From: Clostridiaceae bacterium
Lineage (GTDB): Bacteria; Bacillota; Clostridia; Saccharofermentanales; DTU023
Length of the DNA stretch: 40,479 bases
NCBI GenBank assembly: GCA_012838475.1
Contig: DUPE01000213.1
Coordinates: 1 to 40,479 of the forward strand
Reading direction: 5' to 3'
A program made the position numbers and the translations under genes. Under the pieces are notes generated by a model that saw only the letters and a program-made list of their open reading frames with translations, ran no database searches and had not been told where the DNA came from. Position 1 is the first letter of the stretch. Every line of letters starts with the position of its first letter. Shown here piece after piece: positions 8,343 through 18,388 of the stretch.

Positions 8343-8990
8343 ATGAGCAACGACCAGCTAAAAAATGAGCAGGACTCTGCATCGGGAAGTGGGTATCCCG
8401 AAAGAGAATTATACCCGAACAGAAAGTCAAAAAAGCACCGGGATCTCCAACGGGACGTTAATGAACAGCAGCAGCAACAGCAACAGCAGAAGAGCTCGTG
8501 GATTGGAGTTCTCCTAGCTGTTATTGTGATCGCACTTATGGTCTACAACGCATACATGGATAAAAAAGTGCGTGAAGAAGCTGAAGCAAACCCCTCCGGG
8601 GTCGAGCAAACAGAACCTTTAAGCGAGGAGGAAGCGGCTGCAGTCCTATACAAAGAGAACAGTGTAGTTGTAGCCTACGCTGAGTTAATGGCTAATCCGC
8701 AAGAATATGAAGGAAAGATCGTCAAATTTTCGGGAGAGGTTATTGAGGTTCTGGAAGATACTCCAGAGGAGGGCTACTTCACTTATGGCATCAATGTGAC
8801 TAAGGGTGAAATCTCCTGGGGGGACGGTGTTTATGTCACCTTTGACGTCCCTTCCGCCACCAAGGCTTTCGCCAAAGATTGGAATTTGACCTTTTACGGC
8901 GAATTCAAAGGAATTATAGATTATGAGGCTGAGGTCGGGGGCATGGTATCCCTGCCCTGGGTAGATGCGAAATATATTGACCGCAACTAA
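8343..8990 (+). CDS. hypothetical single-pass membrane protein with poly-Gln tract
   Basis: The ATG at 8343 follows GGGAGA. The N-terminal polar region has a Q8 run, then one TM helix (WIGVLLAVIVIALMVY), then a C-terminal domain of about 130 aa with a beta-rich look. No recognisable catalytic motif. Confidence 0.7.
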   Translation: MSNDQLKNEQDSASGSGYPERELYPNRKSKKHRDLQRDVNEQQQQQQQQKSSWIGVLLAVIVIALMVYNAYMDKKVREEAEANPSGVEQTEPLSEEEAAAVLYKENSVVVAYAELMANPQEYEGKIVKFSGEVIEVLEDTPEEGYFTYGINVTKGEISWGDGVYVTFDVPSATKAFAKDWNLTFYGEFKGIIDYEAEVGGMVSLPWVDAKYIDRN

Positions 8991-9041
8991 CCACAGCAAA
9001 CTAATTGACCATAACTACCGCAACTTAGAAGGGTACTTCTC

Positions 9042-9493
9042 ATGATAACTGAAGGGAAAGTCAACGTCGCGGTTGTGCAGGCGGCAAGATGGGCGGACTG
9101 ATTTGTTGGGAAAACTATATGCCTCTATTGAGGTCAACGATTTATCAGCAAGGTACAGGTATCTATCTGGCTCCTACTGTTGACTCGAGAGAATCCTGGC
9201 AGATCTCTATGAGGCACATAGCGATGGAAGGACGTTCCTTCGTGTTGACTGCATCCCCATATTTCACGCTGGAACACTATCCGCAAGACCTGCATTGCCA
9301 TGCTGAACTGATAGAAAGCGAAGTCGTCAACCGCGGGGGTTCTGCGATTATTAACCCCTTCGGTCAATATCTGGCAGGCCCGGTTTATGACAAAGAAGAA
9401 ATTTTGTTAGCAGAACTAGACCTGGGTCTGCTGGCAGAAGCACGCTTTGATTTTGACCTTGCGGGTCACTACAACCGCCCGGGTATCTGCTAA
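9042..9493 (+). pseudogene. nitrilase (carbon-nitrogen hydrolase) with large internal deletion and frameshift
   Basis: The ATG at 9042 gives [15 protein letters not shown] (a nitrilase N-terminus), then RWAD-stop. In another frame, 9089..9493 encodes [14 protein letters not shown]...[12 protein letters not shown]...GHYNRPGI, the C-terminal half including the catalytic-Cys CWEN motif. The roughly 130 aa that normally carry the catalytic Glu and Lys are missing. Confidence 0.8.
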
Positions 9494-9667
9494 TAATCTA
9501 TACCTGATAAATCTACGTTAGAGCTAAAATATTCTTTAAATTGGATTTTTGATCCGGCTTTATTTTGCTACGCAATATAAGACAGATGTCAATTGTACCT
9601 AAACTCTTGACAACCACTTTGAATGTCAATTCCCATTTAATTGTGATGAACTGTCCATTTAATGAGG

Positions 9668-10330
9668 CTAATCTTGTTCCATAATTAGTAACATGCCGCC
9701 TGCTTTGATTATATGAGAGTGCAGGTTTTCGTTTATGTCTGCGGTATTCCCTTGCAAGATAGCATCTAAGATTAGATTATGCTCTTCGATAGACTCTTCC
9801 ATACGATAAGGTTTGTTCATCGCTTCGACCAGAAAACGTTTAATGAGATTGACATTCTTATCATAATTAACATTGAACAAAGTATTATTTAGATAGCGAA
9901 CCATCTCCAAATGAAACTGGCTGTCAAGATCTGAAAACTCACTGATATCCGACGGTGTAAGCTGGAGCTGCTCCATACTGTCGATGCAAGATCTTAAAGC
10001 ATCAACTGTTGCACTAACGTCTTTCCCCTCAACAATATCTTTGCCAAGTTGGCTTGCGCAATACCCTTCGATCGCACAGCGGAATTGTACTATCTCACGA
10101 ATATCTTTATTTGTTAAGCGACGAACGCGAAATCCCCGACTGGGCATAACTTCAACATAGCCGTCCTGCTCTAAACGCTGTAATGCGTCACGAACAGGAG
10201 TAAGTGACATATCGATCGACTTAGCAATATCAGTACTATAGTAAAGCTTATCTACGACAAGTTTCTCGGAAACAATCATCTCGCGCAGATACTCATATGC
10301 AACGTCATGCAGAAATTTCAACGATGTCAT
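9668..10330 (-). CDS. GntR-family transcriptional regulator (FadR/FCD subfamily)
   Basis: An N-terminal winged-HTH (...IAKSIDMSLTPVRDALQRLEQDGYVEVMPSRGFRV) is followed by an all-helical C-terminal domain. It is the last gene of the transporter/hydrolase operon. Confidence 0.88.
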   Translation of the reverse strand: MTSLKFLHDVAYEYLREMIVSEKLVVDKLYYSTDIAKSIDMSLTPVRDALQRLEQDGYVEVMPSRGFRVRRLTNKDIREIVQFRCAIEGYCASQLGKDIVEGKDVSATVDALRSCIDSMEQLQLTPSDISEFSDLDSQFHLEMVRYLNNTLFNVNYDKNVNLIKRFLVEAMNKPYRMEESIEEHNLILDAILQGNTADINENLHSHIIKAGGMLLIMEQD

Positions 10331-10421
10331 AGTACAACTCTTTTCTGAATATTAATATTTCCATTATATCGTTCATGACAATGATTTGTTGAATAAATAT
10401 CAAATATCCTGAACATTTTCC

Positions 10422-11570
10422 CTATAATGGCAAAACAATAACCTCTTTTTTCACAAACTTCGTCATGATTTTAGCAGCAGCCCGCTCTGTTAATTCTTTA
10501 ACTTTTTTCATGGCACAATTTTTTGAGATCGAGGTATTGATTTCCACTATCTCGTCTACACCATAATTCAGTACTTTCTCAGCACCGGGTCCTTTATATC
10601 CACATACTGCAATAACCGGCAATTGCGGGAACGCTTCTTTTACTCGCAAGGCTACTCCAATAGGTGCTTTACCAAATATAGTTTGTTCATCTATGCAGCC
10701 TTCCCCTGTAATAACTAAATCTGCGTCTTTGAGCAGATCCTCAAAATTTGCTTTGTCTAATATGACATCAATCCCCCGCTTCATCGCCGCGCCACAGAAT
10801 ACCATCAATCCGAAACATGTGCCGCCGGCTGCGCCTGCACCGGGCAAGGCAGATAAATCTTGCTCAACAAAAGGTCGCGCTTTAATTGCAAAATTTGCCA
10901 AGTTATTATCAAGTTCGTTTACCATTTCCGGAGTAGCTCCTTTTTGCGGGCCAAATATTTCAGCAGCTCCGTTTTGCCCTGTCAATGGGTTGTTCACGTC
11001 GCAGGCGACAATAAATTCACATTCCTTAACCTGAGGATCAAGCCCTGTTATATCAATTTCATGAAGATTCGCTAATTCTCCGCCACCATAGCCCAACTCC
11101 CTTCCTGCTTTATCTTTAAAGGAAATCCCCAGAGCTTGTAATAGGCCCATTCCACCATCGGTTGATGCTGATCCGCCCAAACCTACGATAATATTACGAC
11201 TTCCGGATTCTATAGCGGCATGTATCAGTTCACCTGTTCCATAAGTTGTAGTACTCATGGCATTTAAATCTTGATAAGATGAAATATGCCCCGATGCTTG
11301 GGCTAACTCAATAATTGCTGTTCCGTCAAGCAGCTTCGCCCAGCTGGCATCCTGCTGATGACCATCGGCTCCTACTACCTGCATTGAAAAGCGCTCGCCT
11401 CCCGATATCGCTAACATAGCATCACAAAAACCTTCTCCGCCGTCAGAAATTGGAAGCGACATACAATTGGTGGACGGGTCAACAGTCAGTATTCCATTTT
11501 TTATGAAACCGGCTATTTCTTTTGCAGATGCGCTGCCTTTAAAAGAATCCGGAGCGATCACAATATTCAT
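10422..11570 (-). CDS. glxK: glycerate kinase
   Basis: The N-terminus is MNIVIAPDSFKGSASAKEIA. Gly-rich blocks GGSASTDGGMG and GAGAAGG and a length of 382 aa are typical of the GlxK/GarK family. Confidence 0.88.
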   Translation of the reverse strand: MNIVIAPDSFKGSASAKEIAGFIKNGILTVDPSTNCMSLPISDGGEGFCDAMLAISGGERFSMQVVGADGHQQDASWAKLLDGTAIIELAQASGHISSYQDLNAMSTTTYGTGELIHAAIESGSRNIIVGLGGSASTDGGMGLLQALGISFKDKAGRELGYGGGELANLHEIDITGLDPQVKECEFIVACDVNNPLTGQNGAAEIFGPQKGATPEMVNELDNNLANFAIKARPFVEQDLSALPGAGAAGGTCFGLMVFCGAAMKRGIDVILDKANFEDLLKDADLVITGEGCIDEQTIFGKAPIGVALRVKEAFPQLPVIAVCGYKGPGAEKVLNYGVDEIVEINTSISKNCAMKKVKELTERAAAKIMTKFVKKEVIVLPL

Positions 11571-11597
11571 GGTACGTACTCCTTATTAAAATTAGTT

Positions 11598-12836
11598 CTA
11601 CTGAATGTGCTTAACAACTATGCCTTCTTTCATAACCAATTTAGTGTTGTCAACATCCATCAGACAGCTAATATCATCCAGAGGGTTTTTCTCTACCACG
11701 ATTAAATCCGCTAGCTTTTCTGCTTCCAGTGTACCGAGTATATCTTCACTTTGCATTGTCACAGCGCCCATCTTGGTCGCACAGCTAATTGCTTCCAGTG
11801 GTGAATAGCCTACTTTCGTAAATTCCAGCAGTTCTCTGCAATTCTTACCACCGTACTCGTTTTGTCCTTTGACACTAAGATAATCCGCCCCACAAGCCAT
11901 TGGAATGCCCGCTTCACGTGCCTTTGCAACGGATTCCATGGCCTTAGGTACAACGTACCTTATTTTATCTGCCACAACAGGAATCATGCTATCCACATTC
12001 TCCAGCAGTATGGCCATAGCACTGAGTGTTGGCACTTGCCAGCAACCTCTTTTGAGCATCTCTTCTAATGTCCTGTCGGTGGTCATATAACCATGTTCAA
12101 TGGATTTTACTCCGGCAATGACCGCATTATAAACACCTGCATCACTTTCAGCATGAGTGGCGACATATGTGCTCATCCTTTCAGCTTCTTCTACACAAAC
12201 TGCGATCTCGTCATAATTAAAATAAGCCATACCGGGGTCTGATGCTGTATCCATGATACCGCCGGTCGTCATAATCTTGATAAAATCAGCTCCGTGGCGA
12301 AACTGGGTTCGGGATACTTTGCGACATTCATCTACGCCATCCGCGACAACATGCGTGCCTTCCCATTCTTCAAGTAATTGGGGAGAGAAATCAGTCCAGA
12401 CATCTGCATGCCCGGAAGTAGGAGATATAGCCGCGTTCGCTGTATAAATACGTGGTCCCTGAATCAGCCCCTTATCCATAGCACGGCGAATAACTCCGCC
12501 ATAGCCCCCGCAATCACGGACAGAGGTAAATCCTGCATCGAGAAGAGCCTGTAAGTCATGGACAATCTGGCAAACCTTAATTGGCATTGGGTCAATGACC
12601 CAGTCCAAAGGATTATTGCTGCCATACCCGGAAAGGTGTGAGTGAGCTTCAATCAAACCCGGCATAATGTATGAATCAGTATAATCATAAATTATTGCAT
12701 CCTGCGGAAGCTGATACTGATCAATTTTGCGGCCAACATATTCCAATTTAGAACCATCAATAACTACCATGCCATTTTCCAGCAAAGGCTCACCTGTTCC
12801 GTCGATGATATTTCCATAAAAAGCTATTTTAGTCAT
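11598..12836 (-). CDS. amidohydrolase-superfamily metal-dependent hydrolase, substrate unknown
   Basis: Contains PGLIEAHSHL (HxH), FIKIMTTGG (a candidate carboxylated Lys), ATHAE and IEHG His ligands, and CGADY (Asp). Resembles prolidase/imidazolonepropionase-like members. Confidence 0.85.
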   Translation of the reverse strand: MTKIAFYGNIIDGTGEPLLENGMVVIDGSKLEYVGRKIDQYQLPQDAIIYDYTDSYIMPGLIEAHSHLSGYGSNNPLDWVIDPMPIKVCQIVHDLQALLDAGFTSVRDCGGYGGVIRRAMDKGLIQGPRIYTANAAISPTSGHADVWTDFSPQLLEEWEGTHVVADGVDECRKVSRTQFRHGADFIKIMTTGGIMDTASDPGMAYFNYDEIAVCVEEAERMSTYVATHAESDAGVYNAVIAGVKSIEHGYMTTDRTLEEMLKRGCWQVPTLSAMAILLENVDSMIPVVADKIRYVVPKAMESVAKAREAGIPMACGADYLSVKGQNEYGGKNCRELLEFTKVGYSPLEAISCATKMGAVTMQSEDILGTLEAEKLADLIVVEKNPLDDISCLMDVDNTKLVMKEGIVVKHIQ

Positions 12837-12886
12837 TTTCTACCTCTTTCTTTGTAAACTACGAACTTAGTTAAAAGTAGTGCTTA

Positions 12887-14197
12887 TTACTCAGTTTTAT
12901 TTTTCCCACTAATCTTTATTTGGTTTGTCCAGGCATGCAGTGCTAAAGAAATAGCAATGACTGCGTATGATACAAATACACGGAAGTATTCGCCGATTTG
13001 GGCATCACCAAAAATATTTTTGCCTGCGATTGGCGCCACGATGAACATCAAATGAAACAAAATTGTGCCCAAAACTGCATGTCCAATATTTGCTTTGATT
13101 ATAGAAGCTCCTCCTACCAGCAATGCAGCTACTGAAAAGGTGCCTATTTGGTCTGCAGCAGAATAAGTAGTTAACGTGCCTAAATTCTGCAAATAAATAA
13201 CTTGTCCGATCGCTGCAATAATGGTTGAGAACACAATAGCGATTATTCGAGTTTTCTCTACATTAATACCGGCAGCCCGAGCGATAGGCATGCTTTGTCC
13301 AACAGCCTTAATATCACTTCCAAGCTTGGTGTTGCCAAGAAAAGTAATAAATAAACATACAATTCCAGCGATCAACGCCGTTATCATTGGAACGCGGGTA
13401 AAAATTGAGGTGTTGATAAAAGCTTCCCAGTAATTGGAGAAAAAATAAAGCAGCAAAGAGCAGCCGCCCAGCATAATAAACGGCAGATAATTTCCAATAA
13501 AGGTTCGTGGGATTTTTTTGATGACAGTCTTGAGCAATTTAATTAAGTAACTAACAGTCACTACAATTATCACAACCCAGAATACCTTATCCAGAGTTAG
13601 CATCCACAGTTTATCCAGAGCTCCTCCGAGCGACTGATCCAACGTTATAATGCCGTTAATACCTACACCATTAGGCAGCAAGATATTTTTGTTTTGGATG
13701 GGAAAAACCGGTCCACAGAGATACATAAATATCAATTGATATATACCATTCGCAAAAAAGCCTAAAATCATACCGGTAATCATTTCTTGTCCTTTAGTAT
13801 GGTTGAACAGCTTGCCTGTAAGGAATCCCAGAAATGCAGCAATCAAGGCCCCTGAGAGGAAGGATAATAAGATTCCGATAACACCTGAAATATCATAGTT
13901 GAGCGAAATGATTATTCCTGCCTGTGCAGACATTGCACCCACGACAATGCTGAAATTCAACCCCATACCTGCCCAAACAGGCACAATTAAGGAAAGAACC
14001 AGCACAATATTTCGGAAGAACCTTGTGGTAACTTGATTAATGATGTAGTTAACAGGCTGATCTGCATATAACAGGCCAATACCACAGATAAAAACAAAGA
14101 GTATCAATACTGCATTATCCAAGAAAACATTTCTAAGTCTATGTTTTGATATCCTGCTTTTATTGAATTTGTCTATAGCTTTATTTGTAATCCTCAT
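12887..14197 (-). CDS. ABC transporter permease (CUT2/BMP-type)
   Basis: 436-aa polytopic membrane protein. It overlaps the upstream permease by 4 nt. Confidence 0.85.
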   Translation of the reverse strand: MRITNKAIDKFNKSRISKHRLRNVFLDNAVLILFVFICGIGLLYADQPVNYIINQVTTRFFRNIVLVLSLIVPVWAGMGLNFSIVVGAMSAQAGIIISLNYDISGVIGILLSFLSGALIAAFLGFLTGKLFNHTKGQEMITGMILGFFANGIYQLIFMYLCGPVFPIQNKNILLPNGVGINGIITLDQSLGGALDKLWMLTLDKVFWVVIIVVTVSYLIKLLKTVIKKIPRTFIGNYLPFIMLGGCSLLLYFFSNYWEAFINTSIFTRVPMITALIAGIVCLFITFLGNTKLGSDIKAVGQSMPIARAAGINVEKTRIIAIVFSTIIAAIGQVIYLQNLGTLTTYSAADQIGTFSVAALLVGGASIIKANIGHAVLGTILFHLMFIVAPIAGKNIFGDAQIGEYFRVFVSYAVIAISLALHAWTNQIKISGKNKTE

Positions 14198-15237
14198 TTG
14201 AAACGCCCTCCTTCAAATTTGGAAAGCGCGTATAAGATAATTCCGTTACTGACAATTACCCTGAATACTTCAGCCAGATTTCCTTCAGGAAAAATAGCTG
14301 CAGCAACGGGAGAGGCAATTGCCAATATACTTTGAAATAGAGTCGTGCCGATCACAACATTGGAAATTTTGATCTTAGTAGCGCTAGCACCGCCTATCAA
14401 TACCGCTGCAACTGCAGGAAAAGCCATCGTCATTGGCGCACTGTATAACTGATAAAATCCAAACCCTTGTGCATACACGATAATGCCCAAAGCAGCTATT
14501 ATGGTTGAGAGGATGGCTCCAACAACACGAGTGCGGTTTGGGTTAATGCCGTTGTAACGAGCAAAATTTGGATTGCTGCCACCTGCCATCAGGCTCATTC
14601 CGGCACGACTACGAATATATATCCACACCAAAAGACAAAAAAGCGCGCAGGTAAGAATTAGACCGGTAGGTATCGTAACCCCAAAGACCTCGAAAGCCCA
14701 AAGCTCATTCAAAGCTTTGTCGTACCACTCATCGAGCGTTATAGTAACGCGCAAACCGTCGCCCATGGCCCAGCCTAAACTAGGGTTATTGAAAGGCAGC
14801 TTGAGCCAGGCTATGCACATAAGAGAAACAACAGAAAATCCGACATAAGTGCCTACCATCAACTCAGAGCCTTTAACTTTATTTAACAGCAGCCCATAAG
14901 CCCATCCTGCCACTATCGCCAATGGTACCGAAATCAACCAAGCCGCCAAAATTCCTAAAAGACCCGTAATATTGTATTCCAAGCTGATAAGTCCGCCTAT
15001 CAGACCACAGATTATCCCCAATGGCAGGCCAAAATTCATGCCTATACCTGACTTTATTGCAGGAACCATTGCCAAAGCAAGAACCATATTAATACCGGAA
15101 CGCGTAATAGACTGACTGACGATCATACTGAAAGGCAATTGATAAATAGCAACCATGATTAACAATAGCAGTAAAAAGATTGACATTATTAAACGAGGCA
15201 TTCCAAGACGGTTTACAAAATCCTTGATACCACTCAT
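14194..15237 (-). CDS. ABC transporter permease (CUT2/BMP-type)
   Basis: 347-aa polytopic membrane protein. It has 4-nt overlaps with both neighbouring genes. Confidence 0.85.
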   Translation of the reverse strand: MSGIKDFVNRLGMPRLIMSIFLLLLLIMVAIYQLPFSMIVSQSITRSGINMVLALAMVPAIKSGIGMNFGLPLGIICGLIGGLISLEYNITGLLGILAAWLISVPLAIVAGWAYGLLLNKVKGSELMVGTYVGFSVVSLMCIAWLKLPFNNPSLGWAMGDGLRVTITLDEWYDKALNELWAFEVFGVTIPTGLILTCALFCLLVWIYIRSRAGMSLMAGGSNPNFARYNGINPNRTRVVGAILSTIIAALGIIVYAQGFGFYQLYSAPMTMAFPAVAAVLIGGASATKIKISNVVIGTTLFQSILAIASPVAAAIFPEGNLAEVFRVIVSNGIILYALSKFEGGRFK

Positions 15238-16841
15238 CGGGCAACACCACCTTCCTGTCGCACTGAAGGATCTCCTGACATCATTAGCGCGTAATCAGCA
15301 TTTGCGGCATCAGGCTGCAAGATGCCTTGCATTTCACCTCCGGAGATAACAGCAATCCTGTCACAAATCGAACGAAGCTCACCCAATTCGGAAGAAATCA
15401 TTACTATGGTCACTCCAGATTCATGATTAATTTTCTGAAGTCGATTAAGAATCAACTTCTTGGCTCCAATATCAATACCACGCGTGGGTTCAGAAACAAA
15501 AAGCATTTTAGGGTTCGCAATGAGCACACGAGCCATACAAACTTTTTGTTGATTGCCGCCTGATAGTCTGCCTACAGGATCCTCCGGTGAGTGACAACGG
15601 ATTTCTAACTCCTTGATCATCCTCTCGGCATCTTGTCGTGCTTTTTCATGATCATATTGTGTGATTAATCCGAATTTCTTAAGATAATGATTTTTCTGAA
15701 TCATATCGGTGAAAGTAATATTGATAATCACAGATTCTTCCAGCAGCAACCCAACCCCTTTTCGATCTTCAGATACAAAGGCGATATCATGCTTCAGCGC
15801 TTCACCTATTTTGCTCGCATTCAGGATACTGCCATCAAAATACACCTCACCGGTATAGGGATACATCCCCGCTACAGCATTACCTACAGCTAATTTCCCG
15901 TGTCCTGCTAAACCGCCTATCCCGAAAATTTCGCCGCGTCTAACCTTCAAATTAACATGCGATAGCTCTTCTCCGGGCATGTCAACAGAAACGTCACGAA
16001 ACTCAAAGATAATGTCTTCATCCAATAAATTCCGTTTTGTAACTGAAGCAAAAGATTCTGCCAGAGGACGACCGACCATCATCTCCGCTATTTGAGTTTT
16101 GGTCAATTTATTTGTGGGCTCATCTGCTACCAATAAACCGTCTCGAAGTATAACCACTCTGTCGGACACTGCAAACACCTCATCAAGTCTATGAGTTATG
16201 AAGATTATTGCAATACCTTCATCTGAAATTGAGCGCACAGCCTCCAATAATTGTTCGGCTTCAGTTTCGGTCAAAACTGCCGTAGGCTCATCAAGCACTA
16301 GCAACTTTAGATTCTCTTTATCAACTTCGCGGCTTATCTCAACAAATTGTTTGATTCCGACAGGCAACAGTGCTACATGGTCTTCAGGGGTAACATTAGT
16401 ATGTACACGCTTTAAAGCTCTCAGAGCATCTCTTCTCATTGCATCGATATCAATGGTGTCAAAACTCTTCCCCATAAGACGGCTAAATAAATTCTTTCGC
16501 AGCGGCTCCCGATTTAGCTTAATATTTTGCTGTACTGTAAAGCCAGGAATAAGCATAAACTCCTGATGCACCATTCCAATACCGTGTTCTATTGCCTCTA
16601 GAGGGCTGCTGATATGAACTTCATTGCCCTCAATTTGAACAGTGCCTTTAAACCCACCGGTTTCCCTGATGACATCCATGCCAAAAAGGATGTTCATCAA
16701 TGTTGATTTGCCGGACCCATTCTCACCGACCAGAGACACAATTTCACCGGGATGCACATCAAAATTTAGTCCTGTTAGCACAAGATTATCGCCGAAGCTT
16801 TTTTCAATATTTTTAAAACTCAAGACCGGTTTTGAATTCAT
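15234..16841 (-). CDS. ABC transporter ATP-binding protein, duplicated ATPase cassette
   Basis: The first half has Walker A GENGSGKST. The signature motif is LSGGNQQK and Walker B is LLVLDEPT. The second cassette has the degenerate P-loop typical of sugar/nucleoside (CUT2) importers. Confidence 0.9.
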   Translation of the reverse strand: MNSKPVLSFKNIEKSFGDNLVLTGLNFDVHPGEIVSLVGENGSGKSTLMNILFGMDVIRETGGFKGTVQIEGNEVHISSPLEAIEHGIGMVHQEFMLIPGFTVQQNIKLNREPLRKNLFSRLMGKSFDTIDIDAMRRDALRALKRVHTNVTPEDHVALLPVGIKQFVEISREVDKENLKLLVLDEPTAVLTETEAEQLLEAVRSISDEGIAIIFITHRLDEVFAVSDRVVILRDGLLVADEPTNKLTKTQIAEMMVGRPLAESFASVTKRNLLDEDIIFEFRDVSVDMPGEELSHVNLKVRRGEIFGIGGLAGHGKLAVGNAVAGMYPYTGEVYFDGSILNASKIGEALKHDIAFVSEDRKGVGLLLEESVIINITFTDMIQKNHYLKKFGLITQYDHEKARQDAERMIKELEIRCHSPEDPVGRLSGGNQQKVCMARVLIANPKMLFVSEPTRGIDIGAKKLILNRLQKINHESGVTIVMISSELGELRSICDRIAVISGGEMQGILQPDAANADYALMMSGDPSVRQEGGVAR

Positions 16842-16952
16842 GCATTTCCTCCTTTACTATCTCTGCTTTAGCGATAGTACATGCTAGGTAGTAAACCTAG
16901 CATGCACTATCGTAAACACATAAAACTACCAACTGAGAGGAAGAAATCACAG

Positions 16953-18137
16953 TTATAGTAAAACAGTCACGCTTAAATATACATAAAAATTCGGAATGTC
17001 TTCGCCGGTATATAGACTGCAAGAATAACGTCCGTCCGTGGTCTCTTCGAGGATGGTATTCAAAATATCAACTTGTAGATACTCATCGGGATCATATCCG
17101 CCTTCAATGATTCGAACACCATACTCGGTAAGCGATTCAATAATTAAAGGTAGAGAAGGAGGCATCCATACACCCATACGTCCGGTCATATTATTTTCTG
17201 CCAGCTTTTTTGATATTTGATCGCACATCCATTCCGCATCATCAGTCTTATCATCAGGTACTTCTATGCCCAAAGCGCCAGGATAAGCATAAAATGGTGA
17301 AGGTGTATCAGGGTGCGGGAAAAGGGCTCCAGTCTCATAGATGCTCTTAATCAAAGCTTCATGCATACCGATATTTGTGCTGAAGAAAGCAGTGTCTTTT
17401 CCATATTGATCAACTTTACGGGGAACATCTTCGAGAATAAATTGCTGTGTCGCTGTGACCCCGGCTTCTGCCATAGGATCCGGAGCGGTACCATCAACAA
17501 ATTCGATTCCAAGTTCTTCACAGGTTTCCTTCATTTTGTCATGGCGAGCCAAATAAATAGGGTTGGCCATATGACGTGGGAAAGAGTAATGAACCAAGGT
17601 GGTTGCACCCATTTTCTCTGCCGTTTCAGCTACTCCGGCGCCCATTCCAATAAAATCAGTGCTTACAAGCAGGTCACAAGCGGGCCCAAGAACCCCTGGA
17701 TCCTCTGTCGGAGCTCCACCTAAGAGAAGGATATCCGGTCGAGTTTCGCGTACCTTCTGAAAAGCAGCAGTAGTTCCTTCCATAGCATAGGCCGCCACAA
17801 TTACCTTGACTTCTGGATCAGCAGCCAAACTTAGAATTGTTGAAATAGTAGTTTCTTGTTCACTGGATGCCTTGTCAGGAAATGTGCGGTGAACAATCAT
17901 ATCTTCACCATACTTTTCAACCATTTTTTCTGCAGTACGATAAGCTTCTTCACCCTGTGTAACAGTATCAGTCATGATACCTATTTTGAATTTTTCCGTC
18001 TGACCTTCGTCGATTTCTGTTGTGCCAGCAGTGGTTACATCAGGAGTCTTACCGGGATCCTTTTGCCCGCAGCCAGCAAACGCTGCCAAACAAAGCGCCA
18101 AGACTAGCACTAGTGATATTCTTTTCTTCATTGCCAT
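16953..18137 (-). CDS. lipoprotein, DUF3798-type periplasmic-binding-protein-like substrate-binding component
   Basis: The lipobox is LAAFAGC|GQ. The body (KIGIMTDTVTQGEEAYRTAEKMVEKYG...VHYSFPRHMA...QQFILEDVPRKVDQYGKDTAFFSTN...) matches my memory of DUF3798 proteins found next to ABC importers in Clostridia. The start could instead be the ATG at 18131. Confidence 0.78.
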   Translation of the reverse strand: MAMKKRISLVLVLALCLAAFAGCGQKDPGKTPDVTTAGTTEIDEGQTEKFKIGIMTDTVTQGEEAYRTAEKMVEKYGEDMIVHRTFPDKASSEQETTISTILSLAADPEVKVIVAAYAMEGTTAAFQKVRETRPDILLLGGAPTEDPGVLGPACDLLVSTDFIGMGAGVAETAEKMGATTLVHYSFPRHMANPIYLARHDKMKETCEELGIEFVDGTAPDPMAEAGVTATQQFILEDVPRKVDQYGKDTAFFSTNIGMHEALIKSIYETGALFPHPDTPSPFYAYPGALGIEVPDDKTDDAEWMCDQISKKLAENNMTGRMGVWMPPSLPLIIESLTEYGVRIIEGGYDPDEYLQVDILNTILEETTDGRYSCSLYTGEDIPNFYVYLSVTVLL

Positions 18138-18280
18138 TTTCCCCTTTAGATATTATATTTTCCCGGATGTAGAATTATCCGGTAAAGCACCAAATATTAG
18201 AAATATAAAGCAATTACAATAAACGATTAGCAAATAACCTTGTACATATTAACCAGAATACCGGTATATCGGTTTGCCTT

Positions 18281-18309
18281 ACACTACTCCAACTCACAAA
18301 ACAAGTCAA
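18281..18309 (-). promoter_or_regulatory. candidate promoter of the ABC/amidohydrolase operon
   Basis: The minus strand carries TTGACT (18309-18304), a 17-nt spacer and TAGTGT (18286-18281). A perfect 10-bp palindrome ATACCGGTAT (18258-18267) lies just downstream and is a possible GntR operator. Confidence 0.35.
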
Positions 18310-18388
18310 GCAAACTTTAAAATATTTGTCCCTATCATTGATGAATTAACCCCTATTAAAACCAATGAATTTTTCTCCCCTGGTGGGT

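Noticed and set aside
8057-8350. 97-aa minus-strand ORF (or a 38-aa version from the ATG at 8173, which has a GGAGA SD) upstream of the poly-Q gene.
   Set aside because: I could find no recognisable motif. The long version overlaps the SD and start of the + strand gene. It could be a gene fragment of the decayed islet, but I cannot support calling it.
8467-8490. CAG/CAA tract as a phase-variation switch.
   Set aside because: The tract is a mixed-codon trinucleotide run. Slippage would stay in frame and change only Gln number, and there is no evidence of on/off switching.
9560-9667. Repeated ATGTCAATT / CCATTTAAT strings downstream of the GntR gene as regulatory sites or a transposon end.
   Set aside because: These are very short AT-rich matches in an AT-rich spacer, with no inverted-repeat partner or flanking duplication that I could identify.
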